Shown in pieces: positions 24,488 to 38,254 of a stretch of 64,000 nucleotides of DNA; within the stretch, counting starts at the first letter, position 1, and each line of letters opens with the position of its first letter. The notes below the pieces were generated by a model that was not told the origin of the DNA, made no database searches, and was given only the letters and a program-made list of their open reading frames with translations. Source of the stretch: Neophaeotheca triangularis (Eukaryota); NCBI GenBank assembly GCA_054600435.1, contig BAAIJX010000008.1, positions 186,001 to 250,000 of the forward strand, given 5' to 3'. The position numbers and the translations under genes are program-made.

Positions 24488-24625
24488 TATAATGTAGTAT
24501 TAGAGTAGAATACAGGAAAACTAGAGAAGAGATACCCAGCGCCTCAGCACCAGAGGAAGAAGAGTCAAGCCTTTCCAGCCGCCATCTCCCCCCTTGCCTC
24601 CTCTCGAGCATTCTCCTCATTGTTA

Positions 24626-26303
24626 CTACGGCTCCCACTTCCCATCCTCCACCTCAATTTTCGCCGCCATCTCCTCCGCTTCCGCTTTGTAGTTCCGCTT
24701 CAGCTTGAATTCCCAGATTTTCTCGTCCATGGCTTCGCGCTCGGCGGTTTCGAGAGGGCTTTCGTAGAGGATCTTTTCTTCTTCCGGATCTGTCTTGTCT
24801 TGGGGAGTTGGGACAGTGATGGCGTCGAGGGATTTTGATTGCTCTCCTTTGGGGTTGAGGTCCTTGATCGGATCTTCGTAGATGAGGTTGTCCTCCGCTG
24901 TCTTGTTCTGAACTTCCTTGTAGATGGTTTCATCGGGTCTCCGTTTGCCCGCGGCCTCCTCAAGGACAGACTTTGCTTCTACTGCCGTTTGCTGGGCCGC
25001 TTTCTGCTCATTCTTTTTCCGCTGAGCCGCTTCCTCCTGAGCTGCCTTCTGCTGAGCGGCCTCGAAAGGAAACTTGTCAACAGTCTCCCCCTTCCCCTTC
25101 CCCGAACTCCGCACCGCCCGCTCAGCCTCCTTCTCCTCATCACTAAACATCAAGTCCTCTTCGCCTCCGCACCCATGATCCCACGACCCGCCACCCAGCC
25201 CCCAACTCTCAACCCTCCGCTCCTCCTCCTCCTCCTCTTCCTCCACCACCTCCTCCACGCCTTCCCACTCCTCCAGCATAGCGCCTTCCTCCCCTTCAAC
25301 CCCACCTAAAGAATACCCCCACCCGCTCCCCTCCCACCACCCCAACCAAAGCCGATCAACCTGCACCTTCGCGCTCGCGGCGTCGAAAACCGCGTCCACG
25401 GCGCTAATATGCTTGGTCAGACCCTCCAAACTCCTATCCTTCAATCTCGGGCAATCGAGTGAGAGACACAGCTTTCCGTCGTCACCAGGGTCTTTTTCTT
25501 TGTCCGAGGCGACGGAGGCTTCGTTGGAGCGCAGGGTTTCGTCGCCGTATTCGCAGATGTGTGTGCTGTGGGAGAGGGCGCGGAGGTGGGGGTCCTGGGT
25601 GCGGGTTTCTGAGGACAGGAGCCAGGAGGCTGCGTGGATGGGGATAGGAATTGTGGAGGGGAGGTCGAGAGTCACTGTGAGGGAGGGAGTTTTTGGGGGC
25701 GCGACTTGGGCGTTGGGGTTCGGGTTGGTGTTGGTGCTGGCGATTGAGGTACTGCGGGAGCGAGTTGAGGTCAGTAGGAGGGAAAGGACGTTTTATTGGT
25801 AGGGGTTTTTGGAATCTTCGCGTGTGATCGCAGGGGGAGGGACTGAAGGGCTGAGTTTGGAAGACACTGTACCTTTGTCTCATTCTTGGTTGTGCGGACA
25901 TGGTTCCCGTGGCGGATACTTTCGCTGTTGTGGACGTTTTCCCTGCGGTAGAAGGCGCAGTTTCGGTGAGGTTCTTGGTGGCTTTCGTGCTGACGCCTTT
26001 GCTTGTAGCCTTGCTAGTGTTCTTGCCGGAGGTTCTGCCGCTTTTCCCGCCAAATACTCTGCTGGTCGCGGTGCCTGCTTTTTTGCCGCTAGCCTTGCTA
26101 CTACTGGTCCCCATTTTCTTCTTACTAGGAGTGGCCGTCGCGTCGTCGAGGTTGTTGTCATTGGAGACAGCGTCCTTCCGCGGCCGCCCTCGAAGTCTTT
26201 TGGGTGGACCCTGCGCAGGTGAGGTCGGGTGAGATGCTGCAGCTTCAATAGCAGCGCGTTTGGCGGTGGGTTTGATCGCTTTCCTGTCGCGTAGGGAAGT
26301 CAT
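24626..26303 (-). CDS. Hypothetical protein with N-terminal AT-hook and basic region and acidic C-terminus; probable intron ~25752-25872
   Basis: MTSLRDRK...KRLRGRPRK exon joins the 349-aa ORF in frame via GTACAG..CTGAC..CAG. Confidence 0.6.
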
Positions 26304-27077
26304 GGTGGCGATGAGGCGTTGGTGACCGATTGAGTGAAGACGTCCAGGGTGAAAGGATGCGAAGGAGAAACTGAGCCTGCTAAAGGGTGATGAACAACAT
26401 TGGAAGATGCGGTACGCGGACTGGTGAAGTGGGTAAACTTCACCCTGCACGCGTCAGGGGGTGAATGAGGATTTCTAGCAGTGATTAAGGATAGCAGTTT
26501 TGAATGCCTGAGGTCGACGACCAGCAGCGGTCATTCACTGGCATTGCGCCGATTACTTACGAGTGGCTTCCCCGAAACTTAGATTGTAGAAGGTAGAATG
26601 CGAAGTTGAAGTCGGCTGAAGTACTTCCGCTGAACGTGAGGTAAATGTAAACAAGCCAAGGCGCCAGCGACGTGACATGGTTCGCACACAGCATGCCATG
26701 TATTCGCCGCTCGATACATAGGCCCAGCATATTTGCATCGAATCATTTTCTTTTTACACTAATATACATGTCTTTACAATTGCCAAGGTTCGGCCTAAGA
26801 GGAAGCGGCAAGCTCGCGAAGAAATTGGCGATTAATCAACGGGTCGCGCGGTTCGCAGAGGAGCGGACGAGAGGCCTGTAGGTCCGGTACTGTCAATCGA
26901 CGAATCAAGAAGCCTGAGGGCGCACTGCACAGTCGCCAGGTTCGTGGCACATAGCTGATCAATGGTACCTATACCACAATGAACGCGGATCGACCGTCGA
27001 CGGGATCTGTCGGACTGTCCACGGCTCTAGTCTGGCGCGTTGTGTGGCTATGGTAATGGCTGGCAATCGTTTTCGTC

Positions 27078-28064
27078 TTACGCTTGCGGTCCTTCGGGCG
27101 TTTTCAACTCATCCGCTGAGAACTCCTTGGCCATCAGTGGGCTCTTCTCTTCAACCAGTCTGCGTTCAGCACTTGGCTGAGGAGTACCAAACTTCACGCC
27201 ACCACCGGTCAAAACATTGTCATCCATAGCACCCAACTTGACCAGCTCGCGCCTCATGTAGCTCGTCACCATGGCAATGTCCGCAATGTCGACCGCAGGA
27301 TTCGCCTTGAAGATATTCCTCCACACCGCAGTAGCTAGCACAGAATCTCCCTTGATAAGACCCTCATCGTAGCTCAAAATCACACCCCGCCATTGACTGT
27401 AAAGCTCCTTCAAGTATCGATTCCGCGTCCCTCTTGAAGACATTCCATGCCATATGGCCATACGATCCTCGGCAGCGTAGAAGAAGTGATCCAACAAGTT
27501 CTGATGCCAGACCTGCACGTGTTCTTTGGGGAACATGCGAAACCTGACCGTAAGCACGTACATGTGCAAGAAGACAACCTGCGCCCAGCTGTTGAAAGTT
27601 GCGTCAAGCCCGAGACCATGCTCTTGCTTTGCTTGGAACCACCATCCTTCGCCTACGCCCAAGTCTTCGCCTGCTGCTGTTCGTGGAGGATCGGCTGGGT
27701 CCTTTTCCAGGGCGGTGGGGATGGTGTAGCTGCATTGGCGTGCACACTCTTTGAAGAGCTCTTCTGTGCCGCCGTAAGCGACATAGGGCTCTGTCGTGCC
27801 GCGAGCGTTCTTTCGTAGAGTCTGGGCGAGGGATGCCTGGAGGTTTGGAGCATTGTTGGAGCCTGGTTGCTTCGGACTGGGCTCGGGGCGCCAGAAGAGC
27901 TTGTCGTCCGATCTAGAGGGGGATCCGGAGAATGCGCGCCTTTGTTGGTTTGGAATGGATTGCAAACCCGTGAAAGCAATAGGGGAGCGAGCGCTGGCGC
28001 TGCTGCGAGCGAATTGCCGCTGCTGCTGGCGCAATGCGCGCATACACTGTCCGCAAGCTGACAT
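27078..28064 (-). CDS. CBP3: Ubiquinol-cytochrome c chaperone Cbp3
   Basis: TFNSWAQVVFLHMYVLTVRFR and SYDEGLIKGDSVLATAVWRNIF motifs; Arg/Ser-rich presequence. Confidence 0.93.
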   Translation of the reverse strand: MSACGQCMRALRQQQRQFARSSASARSPIAFTGLQSIPNQQRRAFSGSPSRSDDKLFWRPEPSPKQPGSNNAPNLQASLAQTLRKNARGTTEPYVAYGGTEELFKECARQCSYTIPTALEKDPADPPRTAAGEDLGVGEGWWFQAKQEHGLGLDATFNSWAQVVFLHMYVLTVRFRMFPKEHVQVWHQNLLDHFFYAAEDRMAIWHGMSSRGTRNRYLKELYSQWRGVILSYDEGLIKGDSVLATAVWRNIFKANPAVDIADIAMVTSYMRRELVKLGAMDDNVLTGGGVKFGTPQPSAERRLVEEKSPLMAKEFSADELKTPEGPQA

Positions 28065-28671
28065 GGCGACTGTATTGCAGGTTTGGAATGGTGTTGTGGT
28101 ATGTAGTCGTATGGACTTGAGATGTTCAAGGGAGCCCGTGTCGTCTGGAAAGCCCGGAGCTGCGAAGTGGAAGCCAAATCGGTGATGATCTCACCAAAAC
28201 TCGAGACCAAGAGATTCACAATAAGCCAATCACAGGCCAGTATACAGTAGTGGCAGCATTCGTTCATACATATGTATATATCATGAATATTCGTTTAGAT
28301 TCTAGTCAGCACTTCCATGGTAGCCAATCGGTTGCCTATTACGAAACCTCGAAAGCAACTCTCCCGTCAGGCAGTTGACTGCTTCACTCAAGTGAGGCAT
28401 GCAAGTATCCTCGCCTCATGCCCATAACGAGCCCAAAACCAACCCCTGAATCATCACCAAACGGACGACGTCGTCGTATGGCCAGAAAAGAAGTCTCATC
28501 ATTTGATGATCTGTTTTTTCTCTCAATGCTCGAAGCCTTTTCTCTCAAAACGTATCGCGATGATTCCAGCAGCGTTGTCCAGCAGTGACACGGATTGATC
28601 CACCATGGTTCCAACAATCACAAGTCCAATCTGCCTTGCGCAATTCCCCAACAACCTCATCGGTAATTCAA

Positions 28672-29745
28672 TTAGCCATTCCTTACCGGCAACTTGAATC
28701 CCGGTGGAATCGAGTACTGCCCAACACAACGCCCAGGGCTCGAGCACCCAGGCAGCCCACAACGCCCATAAAGCCTACAATAGCAAGCCTCAGCAGAGGG
28801 ACAAGCGTCGCGATTCAAAACCCCCAAATCCACACCCTCCCCTTGCGGCATAAACAGCACGTGCCAAAGATACGACACAATCCTGCCAGCGACCCTATCA
28901 TCGCTAGGCGCCGCCTCACGGCCCGAATCCAGCAACCACTGCCGCAGCGCCACGTACTCCTCTCGCGTATGCCGCCACACTTGCGTCCGGCTGACCACAA
29001 ACTGCGCGCAACACTGCGCCCTCACTGCATCGTTAGCGCCGGGCTTCACTCTCGCCCCGTCCCCTCCGAACAAAACCTCCAAAGCCCCAGGTAAGAGCGC
29101 ATCGCTCCTCGCCCGCGCGTCATAAGGCTGCAACCACCGACTCGCCTTCGTCTCCAAACTTCCCTGCGCCTTGGCCTCCCGCTCAGGACACATGCTAGCG
29201 CCCCAGTCACATTTCAGATTATGATAGCCGTGCGGCTCCAGAGCGGCGGGGATGTCCAGCGCAGTTAGCAAGTCTTGGTTATCGTAATTGGGAGAGTCGT
29301 TGTGCCAGGCGAAGCGCGAGCCGTGGATGAAGACCGCTCCGGCCGAGGGGAAATGGTCGTAGTTGTCGATGAGGAAGGTTAGGTAGGGCATTGCTTCGTG
29401 CCCTCGATTGGCGGGGACGCGGAGGAAGGGCGATGCATGCCTCTGCTCGGCGTCGTCGCTGTCGACGGTGTAGACGCAGAGGTGGTATTTGGTTGCCAGA
29501 GCGTCGAGCCAGGCAGGATCACCATCGGAGGTTGTTCTCGCCACTACGAGCGCGGGTTTGGAAGTCGTGTCCAGGCCCGGGCAGGTGCCGTGGGGTGACG
29601 GGAGGGTTTTGGCTGTGGTTTGGTACCGGATCGTGTTCCAAGCGAAGGTTTTGTTAGGGGTTTGGTGGTGATGGGAGAGGATGTAGAAGAGGATGCTGAG
29701 GAATATGGCGAGGTGGATGTAAGTTTGGGTTGATCTTCGCCTCAT
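28672..29745 (-). CDS. DUF3431-family type II membrane protein
   Basis: N-terminal TM; NRGHEAMPYLTFLIDNYD, FAWHND, AQCCAQFVVSR and YLWHVLF motifs. Confidence 0.9.
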   Translation of the reverse strand: MRRRSTQTYIHLAIFLSILFYILSHHHQTPNKTFAWNTIRYQTTAKTLPSPHGTCPGLDTTSKPALVVARTTSDGDPAWLDALATKYHLCVYTVDSDDAEQRHASPFLRVPANRGHEAMPYLTFLIDNYDHFPSAGAVFIHGSRFAWHNDSPNYDNQDLLTALDIPAALEPHGYHNLKCDWGASMCPEREAKAQGSLETKASRWLQPYDARARSDALLPGALEVLFGGDGARVKPGANDAVRAQCCAQFVVSRTQVWRHTREEYVALRQWLLDSGREAAPSDDRVAGRIVSYLWHVLFMPQGEGVDLGVLNRDACPSAEACYCRLYGRCGLPGCSSPGRCVGQYSIPPGFKLPVRNG

Positions 29746-30911
29746 ATTTGCTTACGGGGGTATTTATGCTGGGGACATGCGAAGGGTTTACTATAGGGTA
29801 TTGGTTTCGATGATTCAAGAGAAAGTTATATCCAGTGACAACTTCAAAGAGGCTGATGAACTCGACTTGAGCGTACTAAGACTTTGGACAGGCGGGGAGT
29901 GGTGGACTTTCTTACAATGCTTGCGATTCCTTTACAAATCGTTTTGCGGATAATGAAGGATAGTCGGCACACTCAAACCTTACTGTAAGCCCTAGGTTTA
30001 CCTCGACTATCGACAAGCTACAAGGACAATGATTGTATCCATGTACCTAGGCCATTTTATTGCCGTGGCCGCCATGCCAATGTGTACTTGTAACCTTGTC
30101 CGCATCCTTCTACGTTCACATTATTGACGACCAACCCTTAACAAGACTCTTGCGCCAATACAAGCATGATGCCAAGCGAAAATAAGCTCCTTGATGGCGT
30201 GCAGATCTATTTCTTAGTTTCCGGAGCTGTGACCGAGGGCTTTCCAGGTTAACTCCCGAACCTTTTAAAGTTGTAGCCTATAGGCTTGCAGATATAGTCC
30301 ACCAAGGCTGCATTCTTTCCTCTACCTTAATACCCCTTCTCAGTACATGCCTAAAATGTACGCGGGAAACCGGATGATGAGCAGCAAAGGCATACTTACT
30401 TGCCTCCCCAGGTACTGAACTATGAGCAAAAAGGAAAATCCGAAACAGCAAAAGATACAACAGGTGGGACAAATGGGACCACATGTTCTGGCTTTAGAAC
30501 ATGTGGCGGACTGCAAAAATCGCCTACGACGATTTTGGCGGGTTCGCTGTTTTCATTGAGCTATGGTCGTATCTGAGGGAGTCAGCTGTAAAATTCAATA
30601 TGACCTTTTTAATGTTGCTTGTTCTAGGCTTTCCGGGCAGCCATGAGGCAGAAGTGCACATAGCACAAAGCAATGCGGCGCTGTCTCCCCCGTATTGGCA
30701 CCGGGTCGTCAATGCCGGCGGCAACAAAGGTACAACCTGGTCTTGATGGCACCCGTATAAAGGCCCCGAGGCATCAAACAAATTAGCTTCCATCCCAACA
30801 ATGCATCCGAAGGAACAGGAATGATCATGCTTTGCCGGCTTCTCTTCACCACACCCACCCAAGCAACGTAGAAACCCACTTACATCCTACTCCAACCCAC
30901 GGCATACCCCT

Positions 30912-31408
30912 TCATACCCCCTCTACAGCCCTCTCGACAATCCCTCTAACCGCACGCTTAGCTCTAACCCCCTTTCGCCGAACACACGCGCAAAACCCAT
31001 CTAGCAGCGCCCGCGACTTACTGCTAGGTTGTCTGGGAGAGCTGAAATGAAAGTCAATAGATAGGGGAGAACTTGCACCTACTGTTGCGTCGCGCGAAGT
31101 TCTTTGAAGCTCCTCGTAACCAGCACTGAGAACAGGGATTGGGAGTTCGGCCGACGATAGAGACATCAAGGTCTCCCTGTAGCCGTGACTTCGTAGCGGT
31201 TGCGCGCAAGGTCTTGCATTGTTGGCTCTCCAAGATGCCGCTGAGGCAGCTGTTTCGTCAATGCAGAGGTCGGCCACTTTGGGAAAGGGGCCGAGGCAGG
31301 GGTGGTTGCGAGATAGAATGTCGCCTGCGTTAAGGATCGCGTTGGCTTTGGCTTCGTAGGTGCTGCGGGCGAGGTCAAGTTCTGACTCTGAGGTGAGGGA
31401 CATCGCCA
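30912..31408 (-). CDS. Possible small hypothetical protein
   Basis: 3' part of a 251-aa ORF from an ATG near 31408. No recognisable domain. Confidence 0.3.
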
Positions 31409-31806
31409 TTCTGTTGAGCGCGGACCGGCCGCTTTTGTGTTTGTGAGGGAGGAGAGGGAAGCGGGAACGGGGAGGAGACGGTTGGGGACTGGGAGGGAGA
31501 GGAGGCTGCCTATAAGAAGAGCGAGCTATGAGGATGGCAGCAGGTGTTTTTATAATAATTGGGAAGAAAGAAATGGTCGAGATGCTATGATGTGCTATTG
31601 TGTACAGGAGAAAGGCTTTGTGGTCATTGTACGGAGGAGCCAACTCGATTGTTGTCAGTGAAGCCAAAAGAGGGCCGTTGTCATTGTCCGGAGATAGGTG
31701 AAACTAGCGTTAGGGGGTCGCTCATACTACCTTTCGCACAGGAGAGTCCAAGTAAAGTCAGAAGCCGACGCTTGAATAGCAGCGATCTCGGGACATATAG
31801 GAAGAC

Positions 31807-34494
31807 TTAAGAATCTCGAGCTTGCATCACCAAAAGACTGGCCTGCAATCCCATCGATAGGAACTTCTTCGCCGCGACTCCAAGACATGTCTCAACACGA
31901 TCACTTTGGCCTGCTGTCTCGGCGTTTCTGCCAATTACAATCAAATCGCCGCCATTCTTTGGAGTCTGGCCAACCTCCAGCGCAGCACGGTGGAGAGCGG
32001 CGTCCAGTGGTACCGGCACGTTCAGTGTCTCGAATATCACCCGGGACTGCATGTGCTGTGGTAAGCTGCTCTGCATAGCATCAAAGAACGCCGCATCTTC
32101 TTCTGCTGTAGTCATGATTCCCTGTCGAAATCGATCTTGCTTTGCTGCTACTACTGCTTGGCTTGATTCGGAGACGCTTGCCGTGTCTTGGGCGGAGTCG
32201 AGCTTGAAATGCATAATCGTGACAGTAACATTTGTGTTCTGAGCCAATTGAAGGACGAAATTGAGGGCAAGCTTGTCGTCAGGGCCGCCAAAAAAGGGCG
32301 CAAAGACGTGATGACTTCGATTGAGATTCGGGGTAGCCGTCTTGCGTTTTCCTGCGCCGCGTGCGCTTAGACCAGTGACAGTCCGCTCGAGGGTAGGTCC
32401 ATGCCGCTTCATGGTACCACTGAAACCGATGTTCACGAAGACGCCGACGTTGCTCTTGCCTGTGTCCATTGCAGTAGTGACAAACGCCGTATAAGGGTCG
32501 TTGTTGATGACATGATTGGGGACGGGCACGGATACAGCTTGCGACTCGCCCATACCGCCGGTCTCGCTCCACGGTAGGAGTAGTAGATCTGCTGATTCGT
32601 CAACGGCTTTGCTTGTCAGAACGTCGGCGTAAGCAGTCTCAGGCGCTATTGCAATTTCGCCTGAGACCGTAAGGTTGTAAAGGTTCCCAAGGACTTTGAA
32701 AGCGTTCAGCACTGGATCGAGCGCAGAATACTCATCTACTTCCGTAACCTTCATGACGGTCGATGGTCGTTGAGTCAGCTCTAGCAATCTAATCCCGTGG
32801 ACATGCGCTGGCTGGCTTCTGGGAGCTTGCTCGGGTTCGGTCTCGTTCACTCGATCTGTGGACGGCAGCGTAGGATGACAGACGGCCTTCTCAGCCATAT
32901 CCTTCTTCCCTAGTAGTGAGATCAAGGCTAACAGTGTAGGCATGTTATCCAGTCGGAGGTAGACCATTAGATGGTCGAATCTGTTGCGTGAGATCTTCTG
33001 ATCAGCCCCGGCGAAGGCGCTGTTGTTTTCCATTGGTTCGCCTGTATCCCACTCAATTTCACCACGCTTCCATGCTGCGAGCTTTTTCTGATACCATTCG
33101 GGGTAGACTGCAGCAGTGAGCGGTGTGGTCGCAAATGTAGTCACTAGAGCCATGACCACGAAGATGGTGAAGGTCCTTGAGTTCAAGATCTCGGCCTGAA
33201 GACCGATATTGAGCACAATCAATTCCACTAGACCCTTGCACGACATCAGCGTGCCGATGGCGAACGATTCTCGCCATTCCATGCCATTGAGCTTGGCAGC
33301 CAGCGAGCCGCCCACGAACTTTGCGATGAAAGCAATTGCTATGACTCCGACGACGTACGCCCAGGTCATGCCAGTATTGAGCAGGCCGATGTCCGTGGAC
33401 AAGCCGGAAAGAGCAAAGTACAGTGGTAGGAACAGTGCGCTGACCAGGTCTTCGACCTTCTCTGTGACAGAGATGGCGAAACCACCTTCGTGCGGGCATA
33501 TGACTCCAGCAAGAAAGGCTCCAAAGATTGGATGTACTCCGATAATCGCTGTGAAGAATGCGGATGCAAGAGCGATGAGTAATGTCAGTGCAACAATAGC
33601 CTGGGATGGACCGTCCTCCAGTGCTCGATTACGTCGTAGAACCCACATGAAGGCGGGTCTCACCGCGTAGACAAGAAAAAGGACGAAAGCCACGCAGGTT
33701 AGCAGCACCCACAGAGCTGTCAACCCACTCCCTGCATTCACCAGTGCAACGCAGAGGGCAAGCAGGACCCAACCAACTACATCGTTGCCGACGCCAGCGG
33801 ATAGAACAATGATTCCAACAGGGGTCGAAAGTAGTTTGAGCTCGGTCAGGATGCGGCAGAGTACCGGGAAAGCCTTGAACTGTCAGCACCGAGCAAGAAG
33901 CTCTGAGCGAGCTATCTTACCGTGATCGCCATCGCCACGCCTATAAAAAGCGCATAGACGCCAAATGAGATGGGCTCAGTGTCAGACTCGGTACGGAATT
34001 CGTGAAATAGCCCCCACGCGATAGCAGCACCAAGGCCAAAAGGCAATATCATGCCAGCAGCACCGACACTGAGAGCAGGTTTCCAGTTGCTAGCCAGATA
34101 TCGCAAATCTACTTCCAGACCGACCAGGAACAGAAACAAGACGAGACCGAGGTTCGCTATCAATGCAAGATTGGACATGGAAGCAGCCGGGAAGATGGTG
34201 TCCGTGAAATTGGGTATCCGACCGAGTACTGAAGGCCCCAGCAATATGCCGCCGATAACCTCAGCGATAACTCGAGGCTGTCTGATGAGGGCCAGTGGAT
34301 AGTGGAGGGCACGGGTGAATATGATGATGATGCCAGCCTCGAGAGTCAGCTTCACAAGCACTCTCAATTGCGCTCGTCAAGCTTCTCACCTGAATGATGA
34401 ACGTGGTGATCGGATGCTCCGGGTCATAGTGGGTAGGATTTCCTCCTTCCAATATGCCACCCTGAGGAGGGGCTCTATCACCTTCGGACGCCAT
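31807..34494 (-). CDS. KHA1: K+/H+ antiporter (CPA2); introns ~34338-34389 and ~33875-33920
   Basis: QGGILEGGNP, RQPRVIAEVIGGILLGPS, AIT/AFPVLCRIL and LMSCKGLVELIVLNIG motifs. Confidence 0.93.
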
Positions 34495-35060
34495 GTTTTG
34501 TTGTGATCAGGTCAGTCCCAGTGGTGCTGTAGGCGGACGTGTTGGCGCTTTGCTGTCGTCGCTGTTGCCTACTAGTACTGTCTGTGAGAGTTGTACCTAC
34601 AAGGATCGATGTTGATAGTGCTGGTGGTTGGTATCTTTATCTTCATGGGCACTCCAGGTCTCATGATAGTCAGTCGGTCAGCAGGTTCGTTGACGCAGAA
34701 GACGGGCAGCCAAGCAAGAGGATGGCACAACGCGACGTGATCATCTTGGAGGAGACGTGCGTGGAGCATCAGCAAGGGAGGGAGGCGACCGTGGCGGTCT
34801 AGACATCTGATGTTCCATGTCTGTTATCGCTCACACTATCTTATCTTTTATCTTAGCGCAGTCCAGATCTTGGCATCATCACCGCCTAACGTCCACTACG
34901 GTACCTTACCTAACCTACCTACCTAGGTACCTACCCAACCTAGGTAATTGGGGAGCTTGAGCTTTCTCAAACAAAGGTCACCTTAGTCCACTATCTCTTC
35001 TGAAACACACACTCCCCGACTCCGATCAAGCCATTGTTGCTTATACCAAAAGGCATCAAG

Positions 35061-36302
35061 ATGGCGGGAAAGACTGGCAACCCTCTCGTCGCAACAGACA
35101 AGCCGGACACTTCACTTAGCGTGCAGCTACACCCGCTCGTCCTGCTGACCATATCCGACTACGTGACGCGCCACACTTTACGCGAACAAGAGGGATCGAT
35201 CTTTGGCGCCATCATCGGCTCGCAAAGCGGCCGCAACTTCACTCTCGAACATGCCTACGAGTGTACAACCAACGAGGCTGGCGACGAGATCAAGGTCGAT
35301 GCTGAGTTCTTCCACGATCGCCTGGAGCAGTACAAGGAGGTGCACAAAGCGGCAGCATTAGATCTGGTAGGAGTGTTCATGCTCGCTCCGGCCGACGGGC
35401 CATCTCAAAAGCACGTCGATGTGGTGAGACAGGTCCAGCAGATCTCAGGCAACGACAACATCCTCTTGCTGCTATTCCAACCGGAGCTTGTCGAAACCGT
35501 CACGGGTGGCAGATTGCCGATTGGGCTGTACGAGAGCTCCGTGGAGCAGGGACAGGATGCCGGAGAAGAAAGCATGCGGTTCAAGGAGCTCAGCTTTGAG
35601 GTCGAGACGGCAGAGGCGGAGATGATTGGAGTGGACTTTGTGGCGAAGGGTGGTGGCAATGCTACAGCTATACCGGGGACGCAGTCGAAGGCCGGAAAAG
35701 CAGAGGCGGGCAAGACCACGAAAACGCCAATGAAAGGAAAGGGCAAAGCCAAGGCTGAAGAGGAGCAAGATCTGGACACCGATGCGCTCAGTTCCGCGGA
35801 CGAGGAGCTAATCGCGAGTCTGACTGCCAAAGCGAACGCGGTCAAAATGCTCAAGAAGCGCATCGATGTCATCCGCAACTACCTCGAATCGCAACCGTCC
35901 AGCTATCTCACAGACGCATCATCCGACGAGCCTCCACGAAACGAAACCAATCACCAAATCCTCCGCAGCATCCTCGCTCTCCTGTCGCGCTTGCCGCTCC
36001 TCACCCCTCCCTCAAACGTTCTTGCCAAAGACTCCTCAGCACCAGCAGCCAACAGTTCCCTCGCCGAGGCTGGCTTGCAAGAGAAAGCCGACGTGCACCT
36101 CACGAGCCTCCTTGCTGCCCTCACTCGCGCCACTCACGAAGCTCAAGGCATGGGCAACAAATTCCACATGGTGCAAAAAGAGCGATCGAACAAATTCAGC
36201 GGTGGAGGAGGCAGCGGCGGCTTCCGTGGACCTGCAGGTGGAGCGGGTTTTCCTGGTGCAGAGCCGATGGGGAACACTCTGGGCTCGTCTGGTGGACCGT
36301 AG
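35061..36302 (+). CDS. CSN6: COP9 signalosome subunit 6 (inactive MPN domain)
   Basis: VQLHPLVLLTISDYVTR, VETAEAEMIGVDFVAKGGGNA and LTAKANAVKML motifs. Confidence 0.92.
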   Translation: MAGKTGNPLVATDKPDTSLSVQLHPLVLLTISDYVTRHTLREQEGSIFGAIIGSQSGRNFTLEHAYECTTNEAGDEIKVDAEFFHDRLEQYKEVHKAAALDLVGVFMLAPADGPSQKHVDVVRQVQQISGNDNILLLLFQPELVETVTGGRLPIGLYESSVEQGQDAGEESMRFKELSFEVETAEAEMIGVDFVAKGGGNATAIPGTQSKAGKAEAGKTTKTPMKGKGKAKAEEEQDLDTDALSSADEELIASLTAKANAVKMLKKRIDVIRNYLESQPSSYLTDASSDEPPRNETNHQILRSILALLSRLPLLTPPSNVLAKDSSAPAANSSLAEAGLQEKADVHLTSLLAALTRATHEAQGMGNKFHMVQKERSNKFSGGGGSGGFRGPAGGAGFPGAEPMGNTLGSSGGP

Positions 36303-36988
36303 AATGGTTCGTCGTCATCAGGGCTAGGTCTTTTCCTCTCTACGCTCCTTAACAAGGGATAGAGATGGGCTGAAAACGCTGGCGTGAATGTTTGCTTACC
36401 TGAAGGCATTTTAGCGATACGAGTCAATCTGGCGTTGGAAGTGCATGGCGTTTCTTGCGAGTGGCATATTTCGGAGTTGCTTGATCACAATCGAATTCAC
36501 AAGCGCGGAAGATGAAGCTGATGAAGATGATGGAGCATTGCCGATCGGACGTATAGCTAGCAAAGGCCCAAAGGCCAGCGCTGTAATGAACATACACTAC
36601 GACAATGATGCGTCTCAATCGTAGAGATGATGTTGAGCCTCAAGTACTAAGTGATGTTCACGCTACCTTGATATACAAGCATTCTACTCGTATTTACTAG
36701 TAGGTAACTAGGGCAGCTCCAACAGCTCCCGAGGTCCACTCTAAACTCCCGATCATCTGCATGGTGGCTGTTATGTTTGTCAGCACAACATCACTCGACC
36801 TACTATGTACTGTAGGTAGTTACTGGACCTTACCCTAGACTCCCACCTGGGCACTTCCAACAAGAAGCATCAGGTATATACATTACTTCAGGAAGCCATT
36901 CCAGTCACCATTTGTACCTCATCACGTTCGTCACCTGCCCGAACATCACCCAACTTCACTTCTCGAATCCTCAACACCAACGACCATT

Positions 36989-38254
36989 ATGACCAAGCTC
37001 TTCGTGTCAGTGAAACTCGAAATGCCATGATAAGACCATCTCAAAGCACTTCCAACTAATGCACATTCTAGTCTCGGAGCTACAGGCTACATCGGCGGCG
37101 ATGCTCTCTACGTGTAGGTTTCGAGCGAAAGCAGACAAACGCACCCTCAAGGACGTTGGAAAGCTGACGAACCCCCAGTATCGCGAACGCGCATCCGGAA
37201 TACGAAATCACATGCCTTGTCCGTAATTCTGACAAAGGCGCGGCCATCGCCACTCAGTACTCGAAGGTCAAACTGGTCTATGGCGATCTCGATAGTGCCG
37301 ACCTGATCGAAGAGGAGAGCAAAAAGGCTGATATTGTGCTGAGTATGTGATAGTCGTGCGCCTTCCCTCAGACACGAAATTGATCCACCACGAACAGACT
37401 TCGCACACGCCGACCACGAAGGCGCAGCCAGAACAATCGTCGACAGCCTTCAAAACAAGCCGACCTCAAGTTTCTACATCCACACCTCCGGAACCGGCAT
37501 TCTCCTCTTCACCGACATCCGCAACAAATCTTTCGGCTCCGCGAGCAACAAGGTCTACAATGACTGGACTCCCCAGGGTATACAAGAGCTCACCTCCCTG
37601 CCAGACGACGCTCCTCACCGCAACGTAGACAAAGTCGTCCTAGCCGCGGGTACCGAGCACGCCGACAAAGTCCACACGGCCATCGTCTCCCCATGTTGCA
37701 TCTACGGGCCCGGACGTGGTCCCAGCAACCAGCGGAGTATGCAAATCCCCGAGCTCTCGCGCGCGACGCTGGAGAGAGGCCACGGCATTGTCGTGGGCGA
37801 GGGTAAGACGCGATGGGGCAATGTGCACGTTCACGACTTGTCCGACTTGTACTTGAAATTAACCGAAGAGGCCGCCGCGGGTGGCAGCACGGCGGAGTGG
37901 CCTGGCAAGCCCAGCCTCTGGGGCAAGGAGGGCTACTACCTGGCGGTAGGGGCTGAGCACGCATGGTCCGACATCGCGCGGAGGATTGTGAAAACTGCGG
38001 AGGCTTTGGGTTTCGTGTGGGGCGAAGAGGTCAAAGCGGTCAGTGCCGAGGAGGCGGACCAGATCTCGCCTTGGGCTTCGGCGCTTTGGGGAGCGAATTC
38101 GAGGGCTGAGGCTGTGAGGGCGAAAGAGCTTTTGAGGTGGCAGCCGAAGTATCAGGCCATTGAGGATGAGGAGTTGAAGAGGAACGTTTTGTTTGAGGCG
38201 CAGAGGTTGGGTCTGAAGCCTGGACATGCCAAGGTTGCTGCTGGGGATGCTTGA
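36989..38254 (+). CDS. NAD(P)-binding Rossmann-fold epimerase/dehydratase-like protein with about 3 short 5' introns
   Basis: Spliced MTKLF-LGATGYIGGDAL; YIHTSGTG, CIYGPGRG and WGNVHVHDLSDLY motifs. Confidence 0.88.
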